A model generated the notes under the pieces. The model ran no database searches. It saw nothing but the letters and a program-made list of their open reading frames with translations, and had not been told where the DNA came from. From contig NC_087472.1 of the NCBI RefSeq assembly GCF_036321535.1, forward strand, positions 97,776,001 through 97,840,000: DNA of 64,000 bases, in the 5' to 3' direction. Below are positions 51,404-63,864 of the stretch, one piece after another; within the stretch, counting starts at the first letter, position 1, and the number at the start of each line of letters is the position of its first letter. Origin of the DNA: Camelus dromedarius (Eukaryota). The translations under genes were made by a program, and so were the position numbers.

Positions 51404-53122
51404 CTACCAGCAATGCATGCTGTTCCCAGTTCTCCAGATTCTCACCAACACATGTATTTTCTGTTATTTTATTATTATTATTCCTATTACTACTACTATT
51501 ATTGCCATCCTTATGGGTGTGAAGTGGTACCCCATTGTAGTTTTGATTTTCATTTCCCTAATGATTAATGATATTGAGCATCATTTAATATGCTGATTTG
51601 CCATCTGTATATCTCTGAACAAATGTCTGTTCAAGCCCTGTGCCATTTTTTAATTGGGTTGTCTTTTTAATTGTTGAGACATAAGAGTTCTTTATATATT
51701 CTGGATACCATACTCTTAACAGATAAATAATTTGCAAATATTTCTTTCACTCTATGGGTTATCTTTTTACTTTCCTATTTTTCCAACTTTATTGTATTTA
51801 ACATAGAACATTGTATAAGTGTGAAGTGTACAATTTGATGATTTTATTCATTTATATACACACACATACACAGTGAGATGATTAACACAGTATATACTAG
51901 GTTAACACATCTCTCACGTCACATAGTTAGCATTTTTGTGTGTGTGGTAAGAACTTTTGAAATGTACTCTCTTAGCAACTTCCGGGTGTACAATAAAATA
52001 TTGTTAACTATAATCATCATTCTGTACATTAGATCCCCAGAACTCATTCATTTTATAACTGGAAGTTTGGGCTGTTTGACCACCTTCACCCACTTCCTTT
52101 ACCCATTCATCTCTTGATGGAAACACTTAAGTTGTTTTCATGTCTTGGCTAGTAAACAATACGGCAGTGAACATACAGGTGCATATATCTCTTGAACATA
52201 GTGAAGAGGTATGTTCCTTCTTTTCCTTCTGATATACACCCAGAAGTAAAAGTGCTGGATAGTATGGTAGTTCTATTTTTAAGTTTTTGAGGAATCTCCA
52301 TACTGTCTTCCATAGTGACCACACCAATTGACAGTCCCACCAACAGTGCACAAGAGTTTCCTTTTCTCCATATCCTTATCAGTATTTGTTACCTCTTGTG
52401 TTTTTGATAATAACCGTTTTAACAGATGTGAGGTGACAGCTCACTGTAGTTTTGATTTGCATTTCCCTGATGGTGATGGTGAGCACCTTACCATGTACCT
52501 GTTGGCCACTGATTATCTTCTTTGGGAGAGTGTCTATTCAGGCCTTTTGCCTATTTTTAATTGGATTATTTTTATTTTTGCTGTTGAATTGTATGTGTTC
52601 TTTATATATTTTAGATACTAACTCTTTATCAGAAAGCTGGATTGCAAATTATTTTCTCCTACTTTGTAGGTTGCCTTCTCATTCTATTGATTGTTTCTTT
52701 TCATATGTTGCTTTTTAATTTGATGTAGTCCCACCTGGTTTTTTTTTTTTTAATTTGTTGCTGTGCTTAAGGTATCATATCCAAAAAAATCATTGCCAAG
52801 ACCCATGTGAAGGAGCTTTTTTCCTATGTTTTCTTCCAGGAGTTCCAGGTTTCAGGCCTTACATTTAAGTCTTTAATCCACTTCAAGTTAATTTTTGTGC
52901 GTGGTGTAAGATAGGGGTGCAGTTTCATTCTTTTGCACATGGATATCCAGTTTTCCCAGTCCCACTTAGACTATCTTTTCCCCATTGTGTATTCTTGGTT
53001 CCCCTATCAAATATTAGTTGACCATACATGCATGGGTTTATTTATGGGCTGTCAATTCTGTTTCAGTGATCTTTGTGTCTGTTGTATGCCACTAGCATAC
53101 TGTTTTGATTACTATAGTTTTT

Positions 53123-56100
53123 CAAAATAGACTTTATTCTTTTAGAGCAGTTTCAGGTTCACAACAGAATTGAACAGAAAATACAGAGAGTTTGCACACA
53201 GCCCTCCCCACCCACACATACATACTCCCCTACCCTCAACATCCCCCATCAGTGTGGCAGATTTGGTAAAATTGATGAACCAACATGGACACATTATTAT
53301 CAACCAAAGTCCGTAGTTCACATTAGGGTTCACTCTTGATGTTGTACATTCTGTGGGATTTGACAAATGCATAATGACATGTAGCCACCACTGTAGTATC
53401 ATACAGAATAATTTCATTGGCCTAAAAATCCCTTGTGCTCCATCTGTTCATCCCTCCCTCCCTCCCTGTCCCCAAACCCCTGGAAACAGCGATCTTTTTG
53501 TTTCTGTAGCTGTGCCTTTTCCAGAATGTCATTTGGTTGGAATCATACAGTTTGTAGCCTTTTCAGGCTGGCTTCTTTCATTTAGTAGTATGTCTTTTAA
53601 GCTTCTTCCATGTCTTTCATGGCTTGATAGATCATTTTTTTTTTACTACACATATATTTTTTAATTTACATATATGTACTGTTCCTTGTTTCTAAGAACG
53701 TTTAGAGCTTTAGCTTTTTAAACTTACATAGTTATCAAAGGAATAAAGACAAGCAGAAAATAAGAATTAACTCAAAAAGATACATACACCCTGCTGTTAA
53801 CAGCAACATCATTTATAATTGCCAAGATACTGAAGTATCCTAAGTGCACATCAATAGGTGAATAGATAATGAAGATGCAGCATATATATACATACACATA
53901 CACACACACACACATATATATACATACACATACACACACACACATATATATACATATACATAATGGAATACAAGTCACCCATTAAAAAAGGAGGACATTT
54001 TGCCATTTGCAGCCCTTCATTCACTTTTTTTTTTCCACTTCAAAAACCAGAACTTTATAACTGGCGGAGACATTTTCCATTACACCAAAAACAACAAAAT
54101 ACCTGGAAATAAACTTAACCAAGGAGGTTACCTATACTCTGAAAACCAAAATGACACAAAGAAATGGAAAGATTTCTTGTGCTCTTGGATTGGAAGAATC
54201 AATGGTGGCAAAATGGCCACACTACCCAAAGCAATCCACAGATCCAACGCAACCCCTGTCAAAATACTCACAACACTCCTCATAGAACTAGAACAAACAA
54301 TTCCAAAATGTATAAAGAATCACAAAAGACCCCTAACAGCCAAAGCAATCTTGTAGGTCTCTCTTTTTTCTTTCTTTCTTCTTCTTCTTCTCTTTTTGTA
54401 TGGTTTGATGACTAGAGAAGGTCATTTAACATTTGTTGTAAAGCTGGTTTGGTGGTGCTGAAATCTTTTAGTGTTTGTTTATCTGTGAAGGTTTTGATTT
54501 CTCCATCAAGTCTGAACCAGAGCCTTGCTGGATAGAGTATTCTTGGTTGTAAGTTTCCCCCTTGCATCACTTTAAATATATCCATGCCACTCCCTTCTGG
54601 CCTGTAGAGTTTCTGCTTGAAAATCTGCTGATAACCTTATGGGAGTTCCCTTGTATGTTATTTGTTGCTTTTCTCTTGTTAATTTTAATATTGTCTCCTT
54701 ATCCTTAATTGTTGTCAATTAATGAACTTCTTTGCGTTCATTCTGTGTGGTACTCTGTGTTTCCAGGACTTGGGTGACTGTTTCCTTTCCCAAGTTGGGA
54801 GCATTTTTGATTATTATCTCCCGCAAAATTTTCTCAGGTCCTTTCTCCTCGTTCTGAGACGCCTGTAATGCAACTATTAGAGCGCTTCAGGTTGTCCCAG
54901 AGTTCTCTTAAACTATCCTCATTCCTTTTTCTTTTTTCTGTTCTGCAGTAGTGATTTCCACTGATCTGTCTTCTAGCTCACTGATCGTTCTTCTGCCTTG
55001 TGTAGTCTATTCTAGGTTCCTTCTAGTGTATTGTTCATTTCAGTGATTTTATTCTTCAACTCTGGGTATTTATCTTTTCCAACTCTGTGGTAAAAACTTC
55101 GCTCTGTGCATCTATACTCCTCTTGAGTTCTCTGACCATCTTGGCCATCATTACTTTAAACTCTTCCTCGGATAATTTACCTATCTCCTCATCGCATATT
55201 TGTTCTTCTGGGATTTTATCTTGGGCCTTGGCCTGGGAGATGTTTGCGGACTCCTTCCACAGGCTTTGGGATTATTGTGTTCCTATTTCTGGTATCTGCC
55301 CCTTCTGGATGAGGCTGGACTAGAGGCTTATGCAGGTTTCCTGGCAGGAGCAGTGCCTGCCCACTGCTAGGTAAAGTTTGGTCCTGGACCTCTGGTGGGT
55401 GGGGCTGTGTCTGGAGGCCTTTGTGGCTCAGGAAGTCTGCTGATGGGTGGGGCTGTGTTCCCACCTTGTAGGTTGTTTGGCCTGAGGCTTCCCTACAGGC
55501 TGTTGGGTGCTAATGATCCAATCAAAATGTCAGCCTCCAGGAAAGCTCATGTAGATTAATACTGCCAGAATATCCACCACCAGCTTTTATGTCCCCTGGG
55601 TGAGCCACAGCCATCCCCCACGTCCCCAGGAGACCCTCCAAATCCAGCAGGCAGGCCTGGCCCAGGTTCGTATGAAATCACTGCCTCTGCCCTTGGACCT
55701 GGTGCATATGAGTTTCCGTGTACGCTTCTCAAGCGAATGGAGTCTCTGTTTCCCCCCGTCCCATCAGGCTCCCAGAGCCAAGTCCCCCGGTCCTTCAAAA
55801 CCAGATTTCCTGGGGTCTCCTTCTCTTCCCAATGCCAGGACCTGAGCTGGGGAGCCTGACGTGGGGCTTAGAGCTCTCACTTTTTTGGGAGGGCCTCTAC
55901 AACTTAACTAATCTTCAGGTGGTGGGTCGCCCACTTTGGGGGTATGTGGTCCAATTATATCACCAGAGCACTCCTCCTACCGTCCTGCTGTGGTTCCCTC
56001 TTTATGTTTCCAGTTGCAGAAGATCTTTGCTAGCTTCCAGTCTTTTTTCCGATGGTTGTTTAGCATTCAGTTGTGGTTTCATTGTAGTCACGAGGAGAGG

Positions 56101-56144
56101 CGAGCTCGTGGTCCTACCACTCCGCCATCTTGCCTGGAACTCCC
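53123..56144 (-). mobile_element. Chimeric TSD-bounded insertion: L1 5'UTR + ORF1 (54354-56144, -), two + strand L1 pieces, two fillers and an L1MC1-like 3' end (53123-53640, -)
   Basis: ttgattactatagttttt (53105-53122) vs ttaattactatagatttt (56145-56162), 16/18; L1 5' end gggagttccaggcaagatggcg abuts the right copy. Confidence 0.75.
53881..53961. repeat. Compound (CA)/(TA) microsatellite inside an L1 fragment
   Basis: Read directly from the sequence. Confidence 0.92.
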
Positions 56145-57559
56145 TTAATTACTATAGATTTTGTAGTATCATTTTAAATCAGGACATATGATGCCTCCAG
56201 CTTTGTTCTTATTTCTCAGGACTACTTTGGCCATTCAGGGTCTTTTTTGGTTCCATATGAAATTTAGGATTTTTTTTCCTATTTCTGTACAGTATGCCAC
56301 TGGAATTTTGATAGGGATTGCATTAAGATGGCTTTGGGTAGTGTGGAAATTTTAACAATATTTTCTGATCTGTGAACACAGGATATCTTTCCACCTCTTT
56401 GTGCATTTTTCAATTTCTTTATCAGTGTTTTACAGTTGTCAATGGACAGATATTTCACCTCCGTGGTTAAATTTATTCCCAAGTATTTTGTTGTTTTTCA
56501 TGCTATTAGTCTTTTTCACGGTGATGCTCTCCTTTGAAGCAGAAAAGCTTCTAATTTTAATGAAGTCTAATTTGTCTGTTTTTCCTTTGTTCCTTGGGTT
56601 TTGATGTCATATCTAAGAAATGGATACCTAATCCAAGGTTACAAGATTACTGTCTTCTAGGATTTTTATAGTTTCAGCCCTTACATTTAAATCTTTGATC
56701 CATTTGAGTTAATTTTTATATGTGATGTGAAGTAGGGATCCAAGTTCATTCTTCTGCCTGTGGATATTCAGTTATTTCATTATAGATATTGGTATTTCAT
56801 ATTGACTACAGTTTCTAAATGAAAAGACCATTCTTTCCCCCCATTGAATGTCTTGGTGCCCTTGTCAAAACTCACTTGTCCATAGATGTCTATTTCTGGG
56901 TTTCACTGATCTATATCTATCCTTATGCCAGAACTACATACTGTCTTTATTATAGGTTTGTACTAACAGTGTAATTGGGAATTCTGAATGAGTCCATCAG
57001 CATTGTTCTTCCCTTTCAAGATTGTTTTTAGCTCATCTCAGTCTGTAACATTTCCTTAAGGATTTCAGGATCAGTGTATCAGTGTCTGCAAAAAAAAAAA
57101 AAAAATGACAGAGTTTTGATAGGTACTGAATCTGTAGGTCAATTTGGGGAGTACTGCCATCTGAACATTATTAAGGCTTCCATTCCATAAAATTAATAAA
57201 GCTTTTTTAAGCCATCAGTTTAAGGGCTGCTGCTGAACTGTTTTTTTAGGTCTCCAGAATCTTGATGAGAATCACAAGTTGGGGTCTTTTTTTTCCATAG
57301 CTACCTCTGGATCCTGTCTGTCGCTGTGAATGTAGGATTTTATAATGGAATGGCTTCTTCATCAATGGAGTAACAGAAATTCTGATATATTGGTAGTCAG
57401 AATGCAAAACAGAATCATCACTACGAAGGGTATTTTGGCAGTACCTATGAAATTTACAGGATACCATGGGAGAGTTCCCTCCCATCCATCCACCCAGAAT
57501 CCAGGCCAGCAAGCTTGTTTTCTGTCTCCCTCTTCCTGTTCCTTTAACTGAGGAAGTAG

Positions 57560-57895
57560 TCTTTTGCGAGTACCAGCATTATGTATGTATGTTTCATTTC
57601 CAGCCGCCATGCTATCCAAGCCTACAGCGTTGTCGCCTGTCCCCAAGGCGGTGCTAAACACCAGCTTGCTAAGTTACTAAGACCAGAATTCATCCTGTCT
57701 TCATCTAGGGTACTCAGCCTCAGTTCACGTACTTAGATCCTGGTTTTCAGTTTTCTTTTGGATTTCTTCCCCTTGAGAATTTCCCCTAATTTCATAAAAG
57801 CTCAACTATCCACTTAAAAGGCTATTGCTGTCCCCTTTTCCAACATTTCTAAGTACTTTTTAACAGGATGATTTTTCTAGTTAACTAGTACAAGA
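57560..57895 (-). mobile_element. Old L1ME-type 5' end remnant
   Basis: tggttttcagttttcttttg...agctcaactatccacttaaaag...caacatttctaag. Confidence 0.45.
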
Positions 57896-58089
57896 AAATG
57901 CCTAAAGTATTTGTAAATGTAAGCATATAGTAGATCAATAGACATAAGTACAATACATAAATCTGATTGACAGACTTTATTTTCCCTGTTATTTTTTAGT
58001 TGCTGTTTTTTTCCACCCCCAGTAAATTCTAATGAAGGCCTGTTGCCTGCCTAATAAGGAGGTCACTGAATTGACTATATATAATTTTT

Positions 58090-58920
58090 TCCTTGGGAGT
58101 AACTTTTGATAGGTATGTGCTTACTGCCACTTAAAAAATTGTTTTCCTCGCTGTTTTGTAGTTTATCTGTGCTTTTCTTCTCTTGCTCTCTCCCTTGGTG
58201 ATTTGAAGATTGTCTGTAGTGTTATGGTTAGATTTATTTCTCTTTTGTGTATGTATATTTACTATAGGTTTTTGCTATGTGGTTACTGTGAGGCTTAGAT
58301 AAAGTATATTTATAGCAGCCTATTTTTAAGTTGGTAAGTTGGAACACATTTTTACTCTCCCCGTTTTGTTTTTGATGTCACAGTTTACATCTTTTTATCT
58401 TGCATATCCGTGAAGACATTACTTTGGTTATTGTTATTTTTTCTACTTTTGTTTTTTATCCTTCATACTAGATTTATAAGCTATTAGCAGCCCATCACTG
58501 TTAAAACAGTGGACTATTCTGAATGTAAGTATATAATCCCTTTAATGGTGAAACTTTACTGTTTCCTGTTACTAATTAACACCCTTTTGTTTCAGTTTAA
58601 AGAAGTACATTTCCTGTAATAAAGCTGGTCTACGAGTGCTACATTTCTTCAGCTTTGTCTGTCTGGAAACCTCTTTATCTTTCAATTCTGAGGGACAGCT
58701 TTGCTGGATAGAGTATTTTGGTTGGTAATTTTTTTTTTTTTCTGTTCATACTTTGTAGGCCAGAAGGGAGTTTTGTGATAGCTTCAAAGTTTCTGGTAAA
58801 AAAAAAAAAAATCTGCTGATGGACCTAGGGGGTTCCTTTGAATGTAACAAGGTTTTCTCGTGATGTTTGTTTTAAGATTAACTTTTACTTTTGACAGTTT
58901 AATTAGACATAAACTTGGTT
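58090..58920 (-). mobile_element. Old L1M inter-ORF/ORF1 fragment
   Basis: ctgagggacagctttgctggatagagtattttggttgg...aaatctgctgat, the same ORF1 segment as 54520-54640. Confidence 0.75.
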
Positions 58921-59002
58921 TCTTCGTGTGGTTCTCTTCTGATTACCGGCACAGGGGGCAGGGAAGATAAAGGTGCGTTTGGGGAAAGTAAGGTAGGTAT
59001 TA

Positions 59003-59063
59003 GAGAGGCTGTAGGTCAGGGGCAGAGTGTAGGCCTAGCATGCAGGAGGTCCTGGATTTAATT
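59003..59063 (+). pseudogene. Degenerate tRNA-Ala-like / Vic-1 SINE head without a tail
   Basis: ggctgtaggtcaggggcagagtgtaggcctagcatgcaggaggtcctggatttaatt aligns by eye to the SINE head at 48020-48082; A and B boxes are mutated. Confidence 0.5.
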
Positions 59064-59199
59064 CAGGAAGGGAGAGGCAGGATTCAATATATCATTCCCA
59101 GTATGGGAGAGAGGCTTACCCGTGCCCAGACCGGAGATCTGTTTTCAACGTCTGTTGATTATCGTGATGTTGTGTGATGTCTTTCTCCCCTCCCCCACT

Positions 59200-59620
59200 C
59201 CCTAATTTATTTAAAGTACACCTCTGATAAACAGTACAGGGTTAGATCTGGCTTTTTTATACATTCTGATGTTCTCTGACTTATACTGGAGTGTACAGTC
59301 TATTGATATGGTTGATTTTAGGTCTGCTACTTTAGTACTGCTGGCTTGCTTTATTTTGTTCCCCACTCTTGCTTTCTTTGGATTATTCCAGTATTTTTTA
59401 GAATTCCATTTCAGTGTATCTACTGGCATTTGCTGTGTCTTCCTCTAATATTTTAATGTCTAAGTATTACAATATACATCATTAAGGGGCCACAGTCCAC
59501 TTAGACGTGATACTGTACTACTTCATGTAAAATGCAGAAGTCTTACAATGATAAGGTCCATTTACCCCTCCCCGGGCTATTAAACTTATCATATGGATCT
59601 ATATACCTTATTTGTCTTTT
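59200..59620 (-). mobile_element. Old L1ME-type ORF2-start fragment
   Basis: ttgatatggttgattttaggtctgctac...tttagaattccatttcag. Confidence 0.55.
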
Positions 59621-59679
59621 TCCAGAAGACACTCGGGAGAGAGTTCTGGGCTGGCAATCTTGAGGATGGCCTGAACGTG

Positions 59680-60015
59680 ATGGACACATCACCACCATCA
59701 TCACCATGGGGTAAGTAATGTGGCATAAAATACTTAGCCTGAATCTGATCATGCCTAGACAAGCAGGCAAATCCAAACTGAGAAACATTCTACAAAGCAA
59801 CTGGCCTGACCTCTCCTAAAATGTCAGTGTCGTGACAAATCGGAGCAGGCTATATCAAACATAAAATACACATTAAAAAAAATATACACTGTATATATAT
59901 TCATTTATAAAGATGTTAACACATAGATAAACATGTTACTGAAAATAAAGCAAATGTGGCAAAATGTTAAATTAATCGCAGTTCTGCCCTAAGTCTGAAA
60001 TTATTCTACAATAAG
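59680..60015 (+). mobile_element. L1MC4/5-like 3'UTR remnant
   Basis: cctgaatctgatcatg...caaatccaaactgagaaacattctacaaagcaactggcctg; aaagcaaatgtggcaaaatgttaa. Confidence 0.65.
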
Positions 60016-60299
60016 AAGCCAAGGACCCTTTTAACATTGGGTAAGTTAAATAAGTACAATATAAAATATTCTTTACAGAGTGATTGGGTAGAAGTGAAGG
60101 AGTCAGAGATTAACTGTTAGGAAGTCAGACTCCTGTGTGTGCAACTGTTTGTCTTTTTAAACGAAACTTAGGACACTGTCCCCTTTTAAAAATGTATACA
60201 AGACACGGGACAGAGAGACTTACCAGTGATGAGTATTTCATGGTTACACAGATCACCCAATATGACTTCACTCACACTTCTCTTTAAAAAGTTACTGGG

Positions 60300-60402
60300 T
60301 GACAATGAATGTGTGTATGTTCATGTATAACTGAAAAATTGTGCTCTACACTGGAATTTGACACAACATTGTAAAATGACTATAACTCAAAAAAAAATGT
60401 TT
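60300..60402 (+). mobile_element. About 100-bp 5'-truncated young L1 3' tip with a perfect TSD
   Basis: Matches the reverse complement of 10450-10545; tttaaaaagttactggg at 60283-60299 and 60400-60416. Confidence 0.95.
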
Positions 60403-60789
60403 AAAAAGTTACTGGGGTTACAAAAAGAATGCAACTCTACCAGAAAATGGTTCAGCAACCCCCAGCCTTATCGCATGAGGATGCACACTGCATTTTTTAC
60501 ACACCTGTGTGCATCCTTCAAGAAGATGGTGGGTTAAGTGCAGTTGGCTTGTCCAGTTGGAAAAAACTCACCTTTGAATTCAGTCTTCTCAGAGAACAAA
60601 CGTACTGACAACAGAGCCTATCCATTTTACTTTGGCAAGTTATCTCTTAGCCCAACTCAGCCACTGGTAAAAGCACTTCTGTCCTTCCGCGATGATCCTC
60701 TCAGCTCCACAAATCATCCAGCCCACGGCCTGACAGGTACTTTAATTTGGGTGCTTCATGCGCAGGCCGCCTTTTTGCCAGTCTTGACA

Positions 60790-61437
60790 GGCCTAAAGAA
60801 TTAATGCTTCAAGGAATTCACCCGAAACTGGGATGGTGGATCCTATATGATCAATCACTATTCTTGCTATACTTATGTAAATAATAAGGCCAAGTTTATT
60901 GAAATGGGGCATATTCTGTAAACCAATTAGTGTCAACTTGAATTATCTCTGATAGAAGTAGGGGTGATGGTGGGATCCAATATCTAACTGAATGTGAACT
61001 TGATGTAAAGTTCAGAGAAATCACTGTAATAGCTTTTAGATAATCTCTGTGCCTTTTGCTGTGTAGGCCACTCAGAAAACTTACCTGAACACCTGATGAC
61101 ATCATCCGAGACCCAAACTGCAAAGAATGCTTAACCCCAACATCTAGGTATCTTCTCTTCCCTGCTAGCTGCCCTCGGGACTCAGACAGGGTTTTTAGTG
61201 TGCACCAACCTTTCTTTTCCTTTTGTTTCCATAGAAATGCCTTATTAAATACCTGATTGGTCATACCATATAGACCTAACTTTGGGAGCCCACCTCCTGA
61301 AATGAGACATACTGTTTGTTTGTTTTAATATTGAGAATAGGTCAGTTCAGTCAGAGACTGGTCAGTGACATACGGAGCAATCTATAAACTTAGCTTCTGG
61401 ACTGTGAAACTGCCTGGGGAAATTTCAAAGGCAGAGC
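60790..61437 (+). mobile_element. ERV1 (MER34/MER4-group) internal 3' region
   Basis: cactattcttgctatacttatgtaaataataaggccaagttt resembles MER4-group internal sequence; purine-rich ggggaaatttcaaaggcagagc directly precedes the LTR. Confidence 0.55.
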
Positions 61438-61680
61438 TGAAGGGGAGTAGAACCGGTCACCCTAAACTATGCCTCTTTGGCATAAGGACTATTTTAGGCC
61501 AACTGTGTTTGAGAAACAGCAGACATAGGAAAAACTCTGAAAACCAAGCAGAAGTTACCCCTTTGTGAAAGAGAGAAACACATTTACAAGGGGAATCTTC
61601 ACTTGTAACCGTCTCCTTCTCTGTACCAGGAAGAGGACGATGACTAAATCTCTCCTCAGTGGAGGCTGTAACAACTGGAA
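61438..61680 (+). mobile_element. MER34-like ERV1 LTR, 5' part
   Basis: tgaagggga...cctaaactatgcctctttggcataaggactatttt...gagaaacagcaga. Confidence 0.75.
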
Positions 61681-61734
61681 CAAATGAAGATAACAAAATT
61701 AGACCTATGGGACAATTTCAAATAGGTAAGAATA

Positions 61735-61872
61735 TGCTTAGAAAATAGTGTGACTAGACATATAACAAAATGTTAACAACATTTGCCTTTGGGTGGTATG
61801 GGATTATAGACATTTGTTCTTGTACTCATTTTTAAAGTTACTGTATATAAATTTATTATTTTGTGATCAGAC
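61735..61872 (+). mobile_element. L1ME-type 3' tip remnant
   Basis: aacaaaatgttaacaacatttgcctttgggtggtatgggattatag. Confidence 0.55.
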
Positions 61873-63024
61873 AATATCTAGTAAATAATCTATACTCGCC
61901 CCTCTCTTATATACTACAGGAATATGAAATATTTTTTTGATCTGACCCTTGATTCTGAGCCTTCTGCAATATGCAGAATTATGACATGAGAATAGTTCAA
62001 CAAAGTGTGTCATATTTAGACTGTCCCACTGGTGAGCAGCGCCTCAGGACTACTTCAGTCTTCTGGCAGATCTCACCACTGGACAGCACAGTGCTCTTCA
62101 CTGAGCATTCCCTAGTGTTACTATCATTTCTAGAGGAACTTTGGTCCCAAACAAGAGCCCTCTTAACCCAGAGCTGGAATACCTTCTTCGTAGAACCCTT
62201 GTACCTCACATTACCAGGTGTATACAGAAGAGGTATGTTTTTAATGCTCTCTAATGCCATGAGCCCCTTATTGGAAATCTGGGATCTTCTGTTACCACAA
62301 ATTCTGGAAATCTTTCAAGCCATAGTCTTTCTAGTGGAAAACCAAGTAAACTTCATCATTTTCTTTCTTTGCTGCTTTCAAAACAGCATTTCTCTAGCAC
62401 CCTTACATTTTCTAAAGGTTTCAAATGTTAAGCTGTTTTAAATCTTACAAAAGCGTTTCAGGGCTCTCCTGGGCTGATATGCAAATTACAGTTTCACTTT
62501 AGATATTCCGACTCTACAGTGGGCATCAGTATGCTACTTATGGGTGGAAACTGCGTTTGTATTTTGTTCTACTTTTGGCCCAGGCGGGTATGAATGGGGG
62601 AGTCAGGTGGCATGGCCATGAATAGGACAGTTTCATTATGTTTTGAGATTCTTAAATGAATCTATTTGGAACATAAGCTAGAACCAGCCAAGTCTCTAGG
62701 GAAGTCCTGCAAAAAATGAAATCATTTTGCATCCAAACCTCAAAGACATAAATTCATGAAATTGAAAACTGAGTATCACTTTTAGCCCCTTAGGAAGCCT
62801 CAGTAAGAGATTAAAAAGGGAAATTATGGCCCTTCTCTATCACTGAGCAGTAAGAGATTACCTTTTCTCTGTGGATGATTTGAATTGGGGGAGTGGCACA
62901 CTGCAGATGATTGGATCACTTTTTGTAATCTCAAAATGTGGTTTCCTGTTGAGTTTACATAAATTGAATACACTCAGGGAAAAATGGTCTCTGTGATGAC
63001 TGGTCATAACTGCACTATGTTTGT

Positions 63025-63102
63025 GTTACAATGTCTTGCTTACCACTGTATCACCTGTGGCTAGCACAGGCCCTGGCATAAAGAAGGCCTTCAATAAATA
63101 AA
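63025..63102 (+). mobile_element. L2 3' end
   Basis: accactgtatcacctgtggctagcacaggccctggcataaagaaggccttcaataaata. Confidence 0.75.
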
Positions 63103-63864
63103 CTCTAGTTACTCTTAAAAAAAGAAGTTATCCTGAAGACACCAAAATGGAGATAATCAGAACTGCACTGGCACAAAACATGACAGAGAATCACAAAGGA
63201 AACCAAGTCTAATATTCTATATAGAAAAGTCCTCACCTGGAATTGGGAAAGCTCCATGAATGGCACCAGCTGCTGGTAAACCATTTGACTCTTCTTAGTT
63301 CCCTCATTTAGAAAGTGAGAGTGTTCTGGGTGTAAAATGTTCTAATTCTTTCTGAGGTTCTTCCTCTAAACCTCTCAGCCTTCCCCTGTGGACCAAATTG
63401 TATTTTAGATAAGTGAAGTGGTTCTTTTGCCAGTTTCCTCGCCTAGGACTTCAAGCTACTCTATGGGCCTTTCTAAAGATCACTTCTGTGTTCTATTTTA
63501 AGTGTCCTTCACATACAAGACTCTTGACCCATCCAAACTAGGTTATAATGCAAACCTCAAGTTCGCTGCACACTTTTCTGTCCTTATCTTAGCCTCTCTT
63601 CCATAGCAAGGAAACATCCTTGCAAGGCTGCTGCCCAAGATGGAGCTCAAAGTCTGCAGTGATACTTGGAATAAAGCCTTAGAGAATTTTAATTCCTACC
63701 ATTGGCCTTCCCGACCTGGTGTTTTGACAAACTCAATCAACAACGTAAACAAATCAACTCTAACATATTCTTTCTTTAAGATGATTGCATCTTCTCAAAC
63801 CCCAAGATCTAAATAGAAGACATTTTGGAAATCTCATAGAATAGACTAGTGGCCTCTCAAACTA

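Larger units (their letters stand above)
51778..56505 (-). mobile_element. Middle L1MA-type element, pieces 51778-53122 and 56145-56505
   Basis: ORFs 52127-52351 and 56279-56482; sequence is collinear across the gap when compared with 22038-22080. Confidence 0.88.
51405..57190 (-). mobile_element. Outer old L1 (L1MB/MC-type), pieces 51405-51775 and about 56505-57190
   Basis: ORF2 C-terminal text breaks at tctatgggttatctttttac and resumes at ctttttcacggtgatgctctcctttgaagc. Confidence 0.7.

Noticed and set aside
55556..56191. Cluster of overlapping ORFs in GC-rich sequence
   Set aside because: They lie in an L1 5'UTR, where high GC content makes stop codons rare
60593..60634. 42-nt candidate exon (ENKRTDNRAYPFYFG) with a GC donor
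   Set aside because: Needs a non-canonical donor without the usual exonic AG; no other support
61971..62441. 156-aa plus-strand ORF and the overlapping 87-aa minus-strand ORF
   Set aside because: No recognisable domain, composition typical of AT-rich non-coding DNA, no convincing splice or promoter context
62801..62860. 13-bp direct repeat cagtaagagatta separated by 34 bp
   Set aside because: Only two copies, no polyA or element between them; not CRISPR-like and not clearly a TSD
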